From IMG/VR virus record IMGVR_UViG_3300023210_000044, positions 1-52,701 of that record: a stretch of 52,701 bases of DNA; one strand, written 5' to 3'. Shown here piece by piece: positions 6,507 through 16,461 of the stretch (position 1 is its first letter; each line of letters opens with the position of its first letter). The position numbers were made by a program, and so were the translations under genes. The notes under the pieces are model-generated. The model was not told the DNA's origin, made no database searches, and was given only the letters and a program-made list of their open reading frames with translations. The stretch is from a virus (lineage: Duplodnaviria; Caudoviricetes).

Positions 6507-8465
6507 ATGACTGTAGCAATTGATCCAACGCCACTTTCTCACCAGCCCGTGTCTTACGGGATTCAGCAGCATTACAAGGAGCACGACCTCACGTATGAGA
6601 ATGACGTATGGGAATGTCCAGAGACGGGGATGGTGGTGCCCAAGTTGTTGGATAAGAACTTGGCTCACCGGGCCAAGGTGTTGGATTATTGTGATAGCAC
6701 GGAGCGGAGAGAGACGATCATGTCGATCTGCGCGAAGAGTCCTAATTACTGGTTAAACATTTTTGCTTGGACGCATCGACCGCAGTACACCAGTATTGAT
6801 GGTCGTATCCGTGGAGCTGGTGCCAAGTGGCAGGACAGGGATGGGAACTGGCACAAGGAGCCGGGTCAGCATGCACCGATTATTACTTGGCCCGCGCAGG
6901 ATTTGTATGTCGATGCGATGCACAAGTGTTTCTCGCAGGGCGGAACCTTGATCGCGGATAAGTCGAGGTCGCAAGGTGCGACCGTGTTGGCGATGTACAT
7001 GATCGCTTGGGGATTGCTGTTCGATGATGGGTTCACCGCGTTGGTGATCTCGCGTAAGTCGGGCATGGTGGACAACGCCAGCAAGAACTCACTCTTCGGC
7101 AAGGTTGATTATGTGTTCAGCAAGTTGCCGGGCTGGATGATTGATGAAGGCAGGGACATCGAACGTCGCCGTGGTAACGAACCTTTGATCATGAACTCGG
7201 CGAACAATGACGCACACATCATTGGCGAGACATCCAACAAGGATGTGGGTCAATCGTTGAGGACGACGGTGACGTTGGTCGATGAAGCGGCACGTTTCCC
7301 TGACGGTCGTGCGTTGCTTAAATCGATCGACACCGTGTCGGCGGGTTACATCTACGCTTCGACACCAGCTGGACCCGGTACCGAGTTTAGCCAGTTGCGA
7401 GAGAAGGCGATGACACCGGAAGGATCGGAAGAGATCACGGTCGTCACCTTGGGTTACTGGGACCATCCCGACATGGGCAAGGGTAGGGAACTTGTTTGTG
7501 ATACTGATGGCATCGTCACCGGCAAGGCGGGGAGTTACTTCTGGGAGTCGCCCGCGTTTCGGGTTGCGAGAGCCAAGTCAACAAACCCAAGAGACATTCG
7601 TGAAAACTGGTTGGTCGATCACGATACATCGGGCTTGTTGCTGATTGATTCAAACTCGCTGGCGAAGATGAAGGGCACGCTGCGGGAGCCGGACATCAAG
7701 GGGACATTCGATCCGGTGCATATGACTTTCCAGAGGAACGTCGCGGGCAAGATGAAGCTCTGGTGCAAGTTGGACAAGTACGGTTCGCCCAACATGAATG
7801 ACAACTACGTGATCGGCTGCGACTTGGCCCAAGGGGTGGACGAGAGCCATACGGCGATTACGGTGATGAGCAGGACGACAGGGCAGATCGTGTGCGAGTA
7901 TGTGGATCCTGCGATTGATCCGTACTCGGCGGCTAAGCTGGTGGCGGCGATGGGGGTCTGGTTCGGTGGGCAACATGGACACGCGTTCGTGATCTTCGAG
8001 CGGAATGGGCCGGGGCTGCCGTTCGGGCACGAGCTGGTGCGGTCAGGCTACCCGTTTATTTACTACCAGCGGCTGGAGGATCGACGCATCGCCAAGAAGA
8101 CAAAGCGGTGGGGCTGGCAGAGTACTGGGGATACGAAGGAAATTATGTTCGCCACGCTCAATAAGTACATGCAAAATGGATGGTTTTTTACTTATTCTAT
8201 GCAGGGCTGGGCAGATATGGGTGGCTGGGTCTATGATGATTCGGGTAAGATAGTGTGCGGCAGGTTGCGTGATTTGTCCACCGGAGCACAGACGCGACAC
8301 GGTGACATTGCGATCGCCTATTGCATGTGCGTGATTGGAGTGACCGAGGCACCGCACTTCGACACCAGCCAGCCTAGATTTAGACCGGGGACGATGGGAT
8401 TGTTGGCCAAGCATGGCCAGACCAAGCTGAAGACAGAGTTACCTGACCCTTTTGCAAGGCGATAA
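6507..8465 (+). CDS. terL: Terminase large subunit
   Basis: ADKSRSQGAT (Walker A-like), TLVDEAAR (Walker B), ASTP, and nuclease motifs VIGCDLAQG, FERNGPG, HGDIAIA. Confidence 0.92.
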   Translation: MTVAIDPTPLSHQPVSYGIQQHYKEHDLTYENDVWECPETGMVVPKLLDKNLAHRAKVLDYCDSTERRETIMSICAKSPNYWLNIFAWTHRPQYTSIDGRIRGAGAKWQDRDGNWHKEPGQHAPIITWPAQDLYVDAMHKCFSQGGTLIADKSRSQGATVLAMYMIAWGLLFDDGFTALVISRKSGMVDNASKNSLFGKVDYVFSKLPGWMIDEGRDIERRRGNEPLIMNSANNDAHIIGETSNKDVGQSLRTTVTLVDEAARFPDGRALLKSIDTVSAGYIYASTPAGPGTEFSQLREKAMTPEGSEEITVVTLGYWDHPDMGKGRELVCDTDGIVTGKAGSYFWESPAFRVARAKSTNPRDIRENWLVDHDTSGLLLIDSNSLAKMKGTLREPDIKGTFDPVHMTFQRNVAGKMKLWCKLDKYGSPNMNDNYVIGCDLAQGVDESHTAITVMSRTTGQIVCEYVDPAIDPYSAAKLVAAMGVWFGGQHGHAFVIFERNGPGLPFGHELVRSGYPFIYYQRLEDRRIAKKTKRWGWQSTGDTKEIMFATLNKYMQNGWFFTYSMQGWADMGGWVYDDSGKIVCGRLRDLSTGAQTRHGDIAIAYCMCVIGVTEAPHFDTSQPRFRPGTMGLLAKHGQTKLKTELPDPFARR

Positions 8466-8468
8466 AAT

Positions 8469-10463
8469 ATGGCGTTTGATACAAATGAACTGCACATGTA
8501 TGAAGAAGTTCACGCTGCAGAATTGCACCGGGACATGCATCTTCGAGTGACTGGGGATTTGATTAAAGATTATCACGGGCCGCACTGGCGGGAGGACCGC
8601 TTTGATGCGGTGGCTCCTGCACCAGAGAACCACGCTCTTGAGTGGCTGGCACTGGTGACCAACAAGATTATCTACGACAACCCCACGGTGAAGATCAGTA
8701 GTCGTCACTCGGGCATGGATCCGAAGATGATGGCCCGCTTTGAAGGGGCGATCAACCAGTGGGCGAATATGCAGGATCTCTGGAAGACCTTGATGAAGGT
8801 CTGGTACGACTCCGCGTTTGGTTACGGCGTGATACGGACAACGCTGGGTATGATGCCGGGGTACAAAGGCTTCCGCGTCGCCAGTGGGCAGCAGATCAAA
8901 CCGCAGTGGCCGATCTCTCGACGTGTGCCACCGCATCGCTTTATCATCGACTACCGTTGTGAAGAGTTCCAGCAGGCTCGCTTTATGGGCCACGTTTGGA
9001 AGAGGGATCATAAAGATCTTCTCAAGCGAAAAGGATTCAACCATGACGCAATCAAAAAAATTGCGTGGGATGTCGGTCTCGAAAAAATTGGGACGCCGAC
9101 CAATGATTACAAGAACGGGCCGTCCCGCAAGGAGATCGTCGGTTACGAAATTTGGGTGCCGGAACATACACTACCGGAAGCGCGTGGCCGCATGGGTGTC
9201 CACGGAACAATTTTCACAATGGGCGTCGGGGTCAACGGTCGCGATGTGTCGAGGCCGCAATGGATCAAAAAACCGAGGCCGTATTATGGACCCTCCACAG
9301 GTCCATATACCATGTTTGGAACGTATCATGTACCGGGCAGTGTTTATCCCCTCAGCCCCCTCGCTGCCACTTACCAGCAAGTTAAAGAACTCAACGCCCA
9401 CTCCGTCGCCGCTTCAAGATCCGCTGCAGCCTATAAATCCTTCATCGGATACAACCCAGCAAATCCGAACGCGGGGCTGGCGGCAAAGCATGCTCGCAAT
9501 GGGGAGGTGGTACCCATCGAAAATATGAGTGAGGATATCCGCGAGCTGCAAGTTGGCGGGGTGAAGCCGGAGATGTATGATTATTTGGGCAAGCTGCATG
9601 AACGTCGCGATCGTGTGACGGGTTTGTCCGACGCGGCACGCGGTAACGTGACAGGTGTTGGTACGGCGACTGAAGTTGCTGATGCGTCTGCGCAGCGTGA
9701 CTCGCGGTTGTCGTTGGTCAAGAAACAATTCAACAGCCAGACGTCCGAGGTGCTCGACATTGCAGGCCACTTCATATTCAACAGTGAGTTCGTCCGCTTT
9801 AAAATGAGCAGTGCTGCGGCGTTGAAGATCAACCCAAGGCCCAAGAGTCTGCCCCAACCTTCCGAAGCAGACAAGATTGCAGCACAGATTGAAAACGGTG
9901 AGATCGACGATCCGTTTAATTTGGGTCTGCTGCCGTTTGGCAAACGTGTTGACGTGATTCGGGAGCAACTCGAATGGAATCCCGAGGTGACATTCCCTAC
10001 TGACGAGCCCGGCGACCAGCTGGAGTCAATGGCCCAGATGACCGGGATGGCGTACGAGGATCTCCAGCTGCAGTTAGATCCCGCATCCATGGAACGTGTG
10101 GATCAGGCGTTGCTTCAGAAGCAGGCGTCGGACCAAGCGACACTGGTGAGCCAGATGGCACCAGTCATGTTGCAGACGCCGCACATCGAGTGGGAAATGC
10201 TGTTTGATACGTGGGGCTTGTCTCTAAACAACAGGAACTTTGCCGACTTGATCAAGGGCGACGTGCTTGCCCAGATGCAAGAGATGACGACAGGGATCAT
10301 GCAGCAGCAGGCCGAGGGCCAACAGGGCGGGCAGTCTGGCGGCAGCCAGCAGCAGGTAGGCGTCGGCACTGGATCAGGCGGGGCTGTTGCATCTGGGCCG
10401 GGTGGACAGTATATTGATCAGGGACGTGCCAGTGGCAGGAACGTATCTAAAGCAGTCAGGTAA
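8469..10463 (+). CDS. Portal protein
   Basis: 664 aa directly after terL; VTGLSDAARG...TATEV motif typical of P22-like portals. Confidence 0.85.
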   Translation: MAFDTNELHMYEEVHAAELHRDMHLRVTGDLIKDYHGPHWREDRFDAVAPAPENHALEWLALVTNKIIYDNPTVKISSRHSGMDPKMMARFEGAINQWANMQDLWKTLMKVWYDSAFGYGVIRTTLGMMPGYKGFRVASGQQIKPQWPISRRVPPHRFIIDYRCEEFQQARFMGHVWKRDHKDLLKRKGFNHDAIKKIAWDVGLEKIGTPTNDYKNGPSRKEIVGYEIWVPEHTLPEARGRMGVHGTIFTMGVGVNGRDVSRPQWIKKPRPYYGPSTGPYTMFGTYHVPGSVYPLSPLAATYQQVKELNAHSVAASRSAAAYKSFIGYNPANPNAGLAAKHARNGEVVPIENMSEDIRELQVGGVKPEMYDYLGKLHERRDRVTGLSDAARGNVTGVGTATEVADASAQRDSRLSLVKKQFNSQTSEVLDIAGHFIFNSEFVRFKMSSAAALKINPRPKSLPQPSEADKIAAQIENGEIDDPFNLGLLPFGKRVDVIREQLEWNPEVTFPTDEPGDQLESMAQMTGMAYEDLQLQLDPASMERVDQALLQKQASDQATLVSQMAPVMLQTPHIEWEMLFDTWGLSLNNRNFADLIKGDVLAQMQEMTTGIMQQQAEGQQGGQSGGSQQQVGVGTGSGGAVASGPGGQYIDQGRASGRNVSKAVR

Positions 10464-10468
10464 ATTAA

Positions 10469-10933
10469 ATGTCAAACAAAAAGCAGAAGAGCAATCTGTC
10501 TGAACTTCAGAAGCGTAAGCGAGCGAAGGACGCTATCCAAGATTCCAAGCGGCTGATCATGCCGAAGATCTTGGACGGTGACGAGGGGACGGAGATACCT
10601 GACATGCCGGAGAAGATTGATGAGGTGACTAGCAGTAAGACCTTCATTGATCAGGCAGCCCGCCGCATGCAGGTTTATGTCGTCTTTGATCATGTTGCCG
10701 AGAAGTATCACACCGAGTATCGCGGCATCATTACAGTGACGCAGCAGATGGGCCAGCACCGTCAGGAGAAGGACATTGCATTTTCTATCTTGATGAAAGA
10801 GGACACAGAGTTCCATCGCCAAGATCTGATCGAAGCTTACGTGTTGTTCTCTGAAAAAGCCCGCGAGTTCAAGGCGGGCATGTCCAAGAAGATCCGGGAA
10901 CAATCGTCTACACCAAAACTTTACACAGCATGA
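10469..10933 (+). CDS. Hypothetical protein
   Basis: ORF within the head operon. Confidence 0.75.
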   Translation: MSNKKQKSNLSELQKRKRAKDAIQDSKRLIMPKILDGDEGTEIPDMPEKIDEVTSSKTFIDQAARRMQVYVVFDHVAEKYHTEYRGIITVTQQMGQHRQEKDIAFSILMKEDTEFHRQDLIEAYVLFSEKAREFKAGMSKKIREQSSTPKLYTA

Positions 10934-11235
10934 TTTATCAATTCCAATCCGAAGATGGCGAGATCATTGAACGTGAATACTCCATGTCCAGCCCGCAAGC
11001 TGCAGGCAAGGGGATCACGGTCAAGGGCAAGAAGTACAAACGCATTCTTACCTCAGGCGCACATGCACCAGAGGTGAATAGCGGCTTCAAGGCTTACGTG
11101 TCGGTGGCCGCGCCCAAGGGTCTGGACAAGATTGATCCGTCTATCCCAATCGACAGAAAAACAGGCCGACCAGTGATTACGAATCACCGGCAAGAAAAAG
11201 AAGTGGCAAGGCTAACTGGCAAAGAATGGCTCTAA
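10930..11235 (+). CDS. Hypothetical protein (FmdB-like N-terminus lacking Cys)
   Basis: Begins MIYQFQSEDGEIIEREYSM; ATGA overlap with the previous gene. Confidence 0.65.
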   Translation: MIYQFQSEDGEIIEREYSMSSPQAAGKGITVKGKKYKRILTSGAHAPEVNSGFKAYVSVAAPKGLDKIDPSIPIDRKTGRPVITNHRQEKEVARLTGKEWL

Positions 11236-11247
11236 CTGGAGACTCAA

Positions 11248-12372
11248 ATGACGATTCCTAACGTAAGGCAAGAAGTGGACGTGGTCCGGCAGATCATCGC
11301 CAAGGTGAAGGCTGCATTGTCCTTGGTCGATGTAGCAGGAAACCCCTGTCAGTCCCACATCGGATCGACAGATGTCCTGCCCATCGCAAAGCTGGGTTAT
11401 ATGCTCGGCGTCAACCTCAATTCGATCGTAAACGAGTACGGCCAGCCCGCGTTGGCTGAAGATTTGATGCGGCCCGGGCAGTACCAATCGATCCATGTCA
11501 ACACCCTGATTGGCTTGGTTGAAAACCAAATCCAGCTCATGTACAACTTGGGCCCGATCGCACCGACTGGTGTCGCCGGTGCTGTGGATTACGGACAGCA
11601 ATCACTGCGAACAGAGGCACACTTTGGTCCACCCCCTGTTCATCCTCAGCCTCAGCCCGCGTTTGTTCCGCCTCCTTCCGTGTTACCGCAGTACGGTAAC
11701 CAAGAGATCGTTCCACCTGTCGCGTACCCGCAGCAGCCTCCCGCACCTGCGACCTTTACGCCACAGCAGCCCGCCCCTGTCTCTGTGCAGCCACAGCAGG
11801 TAGATCCAACGATGGCAGCGATGTTCGGGCAACAGCAAGCAGCACCTCCCGTGCCGCAAGCACAGGCTCCATTGACACCCGGGCAGCAGTTAGGCTATGA
11901 ACCGCTGCCCGGGGCGGTGCCTCAACAGGCTCCTATCCCTATCAACCCAGCGCAAGCCCTTGGCCTTGAGCCTCACCAGCAGGTTGCTCCTCAATTCCAC
12001 GAGCCGACCGCAGCACAAGAAACCGCTGCCGCTGCTGCTGAACTAAAACCTGAACCCCCTCGCCGTCCCGGCCAGAGTCTGCCGAGTGCCGAGGGAAAAG
12101 CTAGTATCCCAGCCATTCCGGCTGGGTTGGTAGGGGGTGACGCTGCGACAGCGTTTGCCAATCAAAGCGAGGGTCATATCCCCACGATGGTGGACAGGAT
12201 CCCCGCTGTAAATAGTTCGTACATGATGGTTGATGGGCCCGCGTTGGATCAGATGATGACCACTCGTGGCATCAGCTTCGATCCCGGCGAAGACAAGAGC
12301 TGGAAGGTCAGGCGTCTCGACGCTTACGATAATGCAGCTCGCGGCCAACTTTCACTTGCACAATCAAGGTAG
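11248..12372 (+). CDS. Pro/Gln-rich hypothetical protein
   Basis: GGAG SD; central low-complexity P/Q/A linker. Confidence 0.8.
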   Translation: MTIPNVRQEVDVVRQIIAKVKAALSLVDVAGNPCQSHIGSTDVLPIAKLGYMLGVNLNSIVNEYGQPALAEDLMRPGQYQSIHVNTLIGLVENQIQLMYNLGPIAPTGVAGAVDYGQQSLRTEAHFGPPPVHPQPQPAFVPPPSVLPQYGNQEIVPPVAYPQQPPAPATFTPQQPAPVSVQPQQVDPTMAAMFGQQQAAPPVPQAQAPLTPGQQLGYEPLPGAVPQQAPIPINPAQALGLEPHQQVAPQFHEPTAAQETAAAAAELKPEPPRRPGQSLPSAEGKASIPAIPAGLVGGDAATAFANQSEGHIPTMVDRIPAVNSSYMMVDGPALDQMMTTRGISFDPGEDKSWKVRRLDAYDNAARGQLSLAQSR

Positions 12373-12396
12373 CGCAGGCTATACTGGAGACAGACC

Positions 12397-13584
12397 ATGT
12401 GGATTTTATTTGATCCAGAAGATGGTTCGCGGCCCCAAGGGGCTGCTGACACCGAGGTTGCAACGGCAGACGCCAATGTATCCACGGGTGAGGTTGACTC
12501 GAAACCTCAGACATTTAAGTACCAGAACCGAGAGTTGAACCACGGTCAGGCCCAAATGGTCGTGCAGTACCTCAAGGGGGATAGCACTAACCCTGCCATC
12601 CCATCTGACCTTAAAGCGTTTGCTGACGAGTCACCCAAGTCCGAGGCCACTGGCGAAACTCCTGCGACACCTCAGATTGGTGAGGCTAAGGCTGCCTCGC
12701 AGACTGCGCAAGCGGAAACTGCGGAACAGACCACGGCAACATCAACACCCAACGATCCCGGCAACGTGCAGGGCCAAACACACGATGCCGAAGAGTTGGC
12801 AAAAGCCACGCAGGCTTTGTTAGCGCAACAGTTCCCTAAAGAACTGGTTGAGCAAATGCCTCCCGACGAGCTGATTCGTCGCGGTGAAAAGGCTGCGAAA
12901 TCGCAGGCTCATTTCAACCGTACGATCGGCGAGAAGAACTCTGCGGTCGAGTCTATGCAGGCTCAGATCGACGAGCTAAAGGCACAGCTTGATACGCGCA
13001 TGAGCGAACCTGATGGCGACGACGACGATGGTTTAGCTTCCATGCTTCCTGACGACGAGCCCACGGGCTACGAACGTCATGAGCAAGCACTCAAGGAACA
13101 GGCCGAATCGCATCAGATAGAGCTTGATGCGGTGCGGGCTACCACTGAGGACCATAGTCGGCGTAGCGACGAAGCGTTCATTGAGATCGCAAGGCGTGAT
13201 CTCTACTCGGAGTATCCTCAATTAAAGGACTCCGAGAAGTTCAAGGAGGTTCATACCAAAGTGTATGAACTCGCGAAGCTTGAGGGCTACCACGATGATG
13301 AATCTGGTGAGCCTGACATTCCTCTGTTAATGATGGATGCCTCTCGCATCGTGCTTGGACAAGAACAAGCAAAGCAACAGCAGTCGGATCTCACGACTCG
13401 CTATCGAGAACAAACCACTGGGCAACCAGACGATATAGATGATATGGCAGATAGTACGATTGAGGGTCAGCCGATGACCAAGCGAGAGAAGATGCTTTAC
13501 GCATACGAACTCCAAACCGTTCATGGAAAAACCCCAGATCAGATCCGCCAAATCACGGATCGTATTCCCGAAGCAGCCGATTAG
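12397..13584 (+). CDS. Probable capsid scaffolding protein
   Basis: Acidic and coiled-coil-like; lies immediately upstream of the capsid gene. Confidence 0.65.
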   Translation: MWILFDPEDGSRPQGAADTEVATADANVSTGEVDSKPQTFKYQNRELNHGQAQMVVQYLKGDSTNPAIPSDLKAFADESPKSEATGETPATPQIGEAKAASQTAQAETAEQTTATSTPNDPGNVQGQTHDAEELAKATQALLAQQFPKELVEQMPPDELIRRGEKAAKSQAHFNRTIGEKNSAVESMQAQIDELKAQLDTRMSEPDGDDDDGLASMLPDDEPTGYERHEQALKEQAESHQIELDAVRATTEDHSRRSDEAFIEIARRDLYSEYPQLKDSEKFKEVHTKVYELAKLEGYHDDESGEPDIPLLMMDASRIVLGQEQAKQQQSDLTTRYREQTTGQPDDIDDMADSTIEGQPMTKREKMLYAYELQTVHGKTPDQIRQITDRIPEAAD

Positions 13585-13613
13585 ATCCGTACCGATAAGT
13601 ACGGAGTATCCAG

Positions 13614-14702
13614 ATGTTAAGCAATCATGCTGACTTCTTGGCGTCAACTCGTGACCAACGCGTCGTTTCAAAGCAAACGCTTTTGAACGAAGCAACTAAG
13701 AACAACTATTTTTTCTTCAGCACAATGATGAAGCGTGCTGAGCAGAAGTTCAAGGGTGGTGACAAGTTGGTTGACCGCATCCAAGGCGATGTGGCTGGCA
13801 CGTTCTCGTTTTACAACCCCAATGATGAGTTTGCACCGACGCAACAAGACACGCTGAAATCAATCAGTGTGGACTGGGCGTTCGCACAATCTCATTATGT
13901 CCTAATCAAAGAAACTGCGTCGTTGAACTCGGGCGATCCTATCGCCTACCTCGACTACGTGATGTCGCTTGAGCAGGGGTGTGTTGTTGATACGATCAAC
14001 GGACTCGAAGAAGCATTGTGGGCTAAGCCCGACAGTCGTACCATGGAATCGTCAAGTGCCGATCCCATTAACCCTCTCTCCCTCCTCTGCTTCAATACTC
14101 GTGACGGTCTGGCTCCAAGCTCGACCAACGGTGGCATCGCCACTGGATCGAGCGATTGGACAACTCTTCAGGGCCTATCACCTTCTAACGAAGCGTGGTA
14201 CCGCAACAAGTTCAAATCGTACACGGCGGCAACGCCTGACAACCCCGATGCTGGTTTGATTTCTGCGATGGACGACATCGTGCTTCAGACCAAGTTCGAG
14301 TTGCCTGATGCGATGAACAAGTACGGCGAAAGCGAAAGCTTGCAGAAGCATTGCATCACGACCAGTCGTGACGGCATCGTCTTCTACAAGGCTCGCTTGC
14401 GTGCCTTGAACGATCGCATGGAACAACTCCGTGACCCGAACATCAACGGTGTTCAGTACAACGGCGTTCCATTGGTCTACGTGTCTGAATTGGATGGACT
14501 TGGTTGGACTGACAATCAGCCCGACTACATGTTCTGGGACTTTAATTACATCGTCCCATTCTTCCATTCTGACACGTACATGGACGAAACGATTTCCACA
14601 GGCGGAAGTCGTCAGCCCAACAGTACAGTCGTGTTCAAATTCACTTGGTACAACATGATCAACAGATCGCGTCGTCGCCAAGGTCGTTTGTTCGCAGCGT
14701 AA
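13614..14702 (+). CDS. Major capsid protein
   Basis: 362 aa after the scaffold; GG..L...I..FSFY..D.....D.L....W pattern of HK97-fold capsids; followed by a terminator. Confidence 0.8.
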   Translation: MLSNHADFLASTRDQRVVSKQTLLNEATKNNYFFFSTMMKRAEQKFKGGDKLVDRIQGDVAGTFSFYNPNDEFAPTQQDTLKSISVDWAFAQSHYVLIKETASLNSGDPIAYLDYVMSLEQGCVVDTINGLEEALWAKPDSRTMESSSADPINPLSLLCFNTRDGLAPSSTNGGIATGSSDWTTLQGLSPSNEAWYRNKFKSYTAATPDNPDAGLISAMDDIVLQTKFELPDAMNKYGESESLQKHCITTSRDGIVFYKARLRALNDRMEQLRDPNINGVQYNGVPLVYVSELDGLGWTDNQPDYMFWDFNYIVPFFHSDTYMDETISTGGSRQPNSTVVFKFTWYNMINRSRRRQGRLFAA

Positions 14703-14715
14703 GTTTAAACCTGAC

Positions 14716-14746
14716 AGGGGGCGGATGTTCCGCCCCCTCCCTTTTG
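14716..14746 (+). terminator. Intrinsic terminator after the capsid gene
   Basis: agggggcgga/tccgccccct stem followed by cttttg. Confidence 0.7.
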
Positions 14747-14807
14747 TTATCACTGACGTAGTGGTAGCAAGACGAAGATGTCAACTCCCCAACAAGGAGG
14801 CAATTTA

Positions 14808-15611
14808 ATGCCTAACGTCTCTAATTATTCTCACATCCTTCCCGGCATCCAGCGCGAAGGTAAACCCCTCCAACGTGCCGTCACACACTTTGACGACTTC
14901 ATCGTTGGTGGATTCAAAGCGGACGCCGGACTGTCGATGGAAACCGATCCATCGTCAAAGTTCGGTACAGTTGCCAACGCAGGTGAATGGTTCCTTTCCC
15001 TCACGGGTACTGGTACCAACATCATCTCGGACGCTGGTCCCAATGGTATTCTTACTATGACGACTGGTGCGACCGAGAATGACTCGAATGAAATGCAGCT
15101 CAACGGCGAGTCTTTCAAGCTGGCCACTGGCAAGCGTTTGATCTTTGAAGTTCGTGCTAAGTTTGAAGACGTCAGTCTGTCAAACTGGTTCATCGGCCTT
15201 GCTGAAACTGAAGTTAACGTGATCGACGGCGTGACCGATTACATCGGTTTCTACAGCAACATCGACGCCAACGCCCAGTACGGCGTGGCCAAGAACGGTA
15301 GTGCTGCTGTCCAAGGCAGCAAGACTGCGGCTTCGACCACGCAAGATGGTGAAACCAATGGTGACACCGGGGTTGCCTTGGTCGATGACACCTTCAATGT
15401 TTTCCGTTTTGAATGCAACGGCCTCAAGGCGAAGTTCTTCGTGGACGGTGCTTATATCGCCACGCTCAATGCGATCGAAGATTCAAGCGGCAACAGTCAG
15501 GATTTCCCCGATGATATCAGTGTGACTCCAACTCTTGCCATTCAGAACGACTCAGCTGCGGCAGAGAAAATGGAAGTGGACTATATCCTCGTTGCCGCTG
15601 ATCGTCATTAA
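14808..15611 (+). CDS. Probable capsid decoration / ConA-like beta-sandwich virion protein
   Basis: Strong SD AAGGAGG before ATG 14808; FDDF...MEVDYI beta-sandwich pattern. Confidence 0.6.
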   Translation: MPNVSNYSHILPGIQREGKPLQRAVTHFDDFIVGGFKADAGLSMETDPSSKFGTVANAGEWFLSLTGTGTNIISDAGPNGILTMTTGATENDSNEMQLNGESFKLATGKRLIFEVRAKFEDVSLSNWFIGLAETEVNVIDGVTDYIGFYSNIDANAQYGVAKNGSAAVQGSKTAASTTQDGETNGDTGVALVDDTFNVFRFECNGLKAKFFVDGAYIATLNAIEDSSGNSQDFPDDISVTPTLAIQNDSAAAEKMEVDYILVAADRH

Positions 15612-15650
15612 TGCGCCTGACCCAGCCACTGGCTAAGGTGTAGTCTCCAG

Positions 15651-15686
15651 CCATAGAAGGGGGTTCCTCCCCCCTTCTATGGTTTT
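15651..15686 (+). terminator. Intrinsic terminator
   Basis: ccatagaaggggg/cccccttctatgg stem followed by tttt. Confidence 0.8.
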
Positions 15687-15703
15687 ATTAAGGATGATTT
15701 ACA

Positions 15704-16087
15704 ATGGAAGATATATCAGGCGAACTAGTCACAGTTTTAATTAGTGTTTGTGGCACGCTTGGTGTGGTTGTTGGCGCGATCGTTATGATCATGAAAAGTT
15801 TATTCAAGCGGCACTTGCTGTTCTTGGATCGCCTTGAAACAAACATACAACTTCAGACCGAGAGTGTGTCGAAAAGCGAGCAGCACCTTGCTGCTATTAG
15901 CCAAGCAAACACTGCCAACATTGAAATGCATCGGAACATTTATAGCCCTTTTGCTACGGTCCTGACCAACGACGCTATCCGTGAGTTTATGGAAGCGCAG
16001 AAGTTGGTTGTTCAGGGCGCACCAGACGAACAAGTGCTGGCAAAACTAGATAAGGGTATCTCAATTTTAGACTCACGGGAAAGGTAA
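15704..16087 (+). CDS. Membrane protein with an N-terminal TM helix (holin-like?)
   Basis: Hydrophobic LVTVLISVCGTLGVVVGAIVMI followed by a coiled coil. Confidence 0.6.
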   Translation: MEDISGELVTVLISVCGTLGVVVGAIVMIMKSLFKRHLLFLDRLETNIQLQTESVSKSEQHLAAISQANTANIEMHRNIYSPFATVLTNDAIREFMEAQKLVVQGAPDEQVLAKLDKGISILDSRER

Positions 16088-16126
16088 ATAGAAAAGTTCG
16101 GTTACTCGTTTTTATAAGGATAAAGC

Positions 16127-16459
16127 ATGGCAAATCAAACCATCAATCAAGTTCAACGGACGTTTGTCCAAGGGTCTGCTCGTCAACACATTGAAACGGT
16201 TATTCGATTCAAATCCCTGTTAGACTCTTATGTTGATGACTATGACAATCAGCAGACTCCTATTGCTGAGACTGCTGATATTATCAATGACAATAGAGAT
16301 TTGACCGCACCAAGGGATGATGCTCCCAACCTCACGGGTAATGACCTCAAGACGTTGCGTGACCTGTCACAGATTATGTCTAACACGTTAGACACTGCTT
16401 ACGAGAACGATTTGATTTCCCTAGCAGCACGACCTGTATCATCCATCCGTAGAGGATAA
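16127..16459 (+). CDS. Hypothetical virion-module protein
   Basis: AAGGA SD. Confidence 0.75.
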   Translation: MANQTINQVQRTFVQGSARQHIETVIRFKSLLDSYVDDYDNQQTPIAETADIINDNRDLTAPRDDAPNLTGNDLKTLRDLSQIMSNTLDTAYENDLISLAARPVSSIRRG

Positions 16460-16461
16460 TA

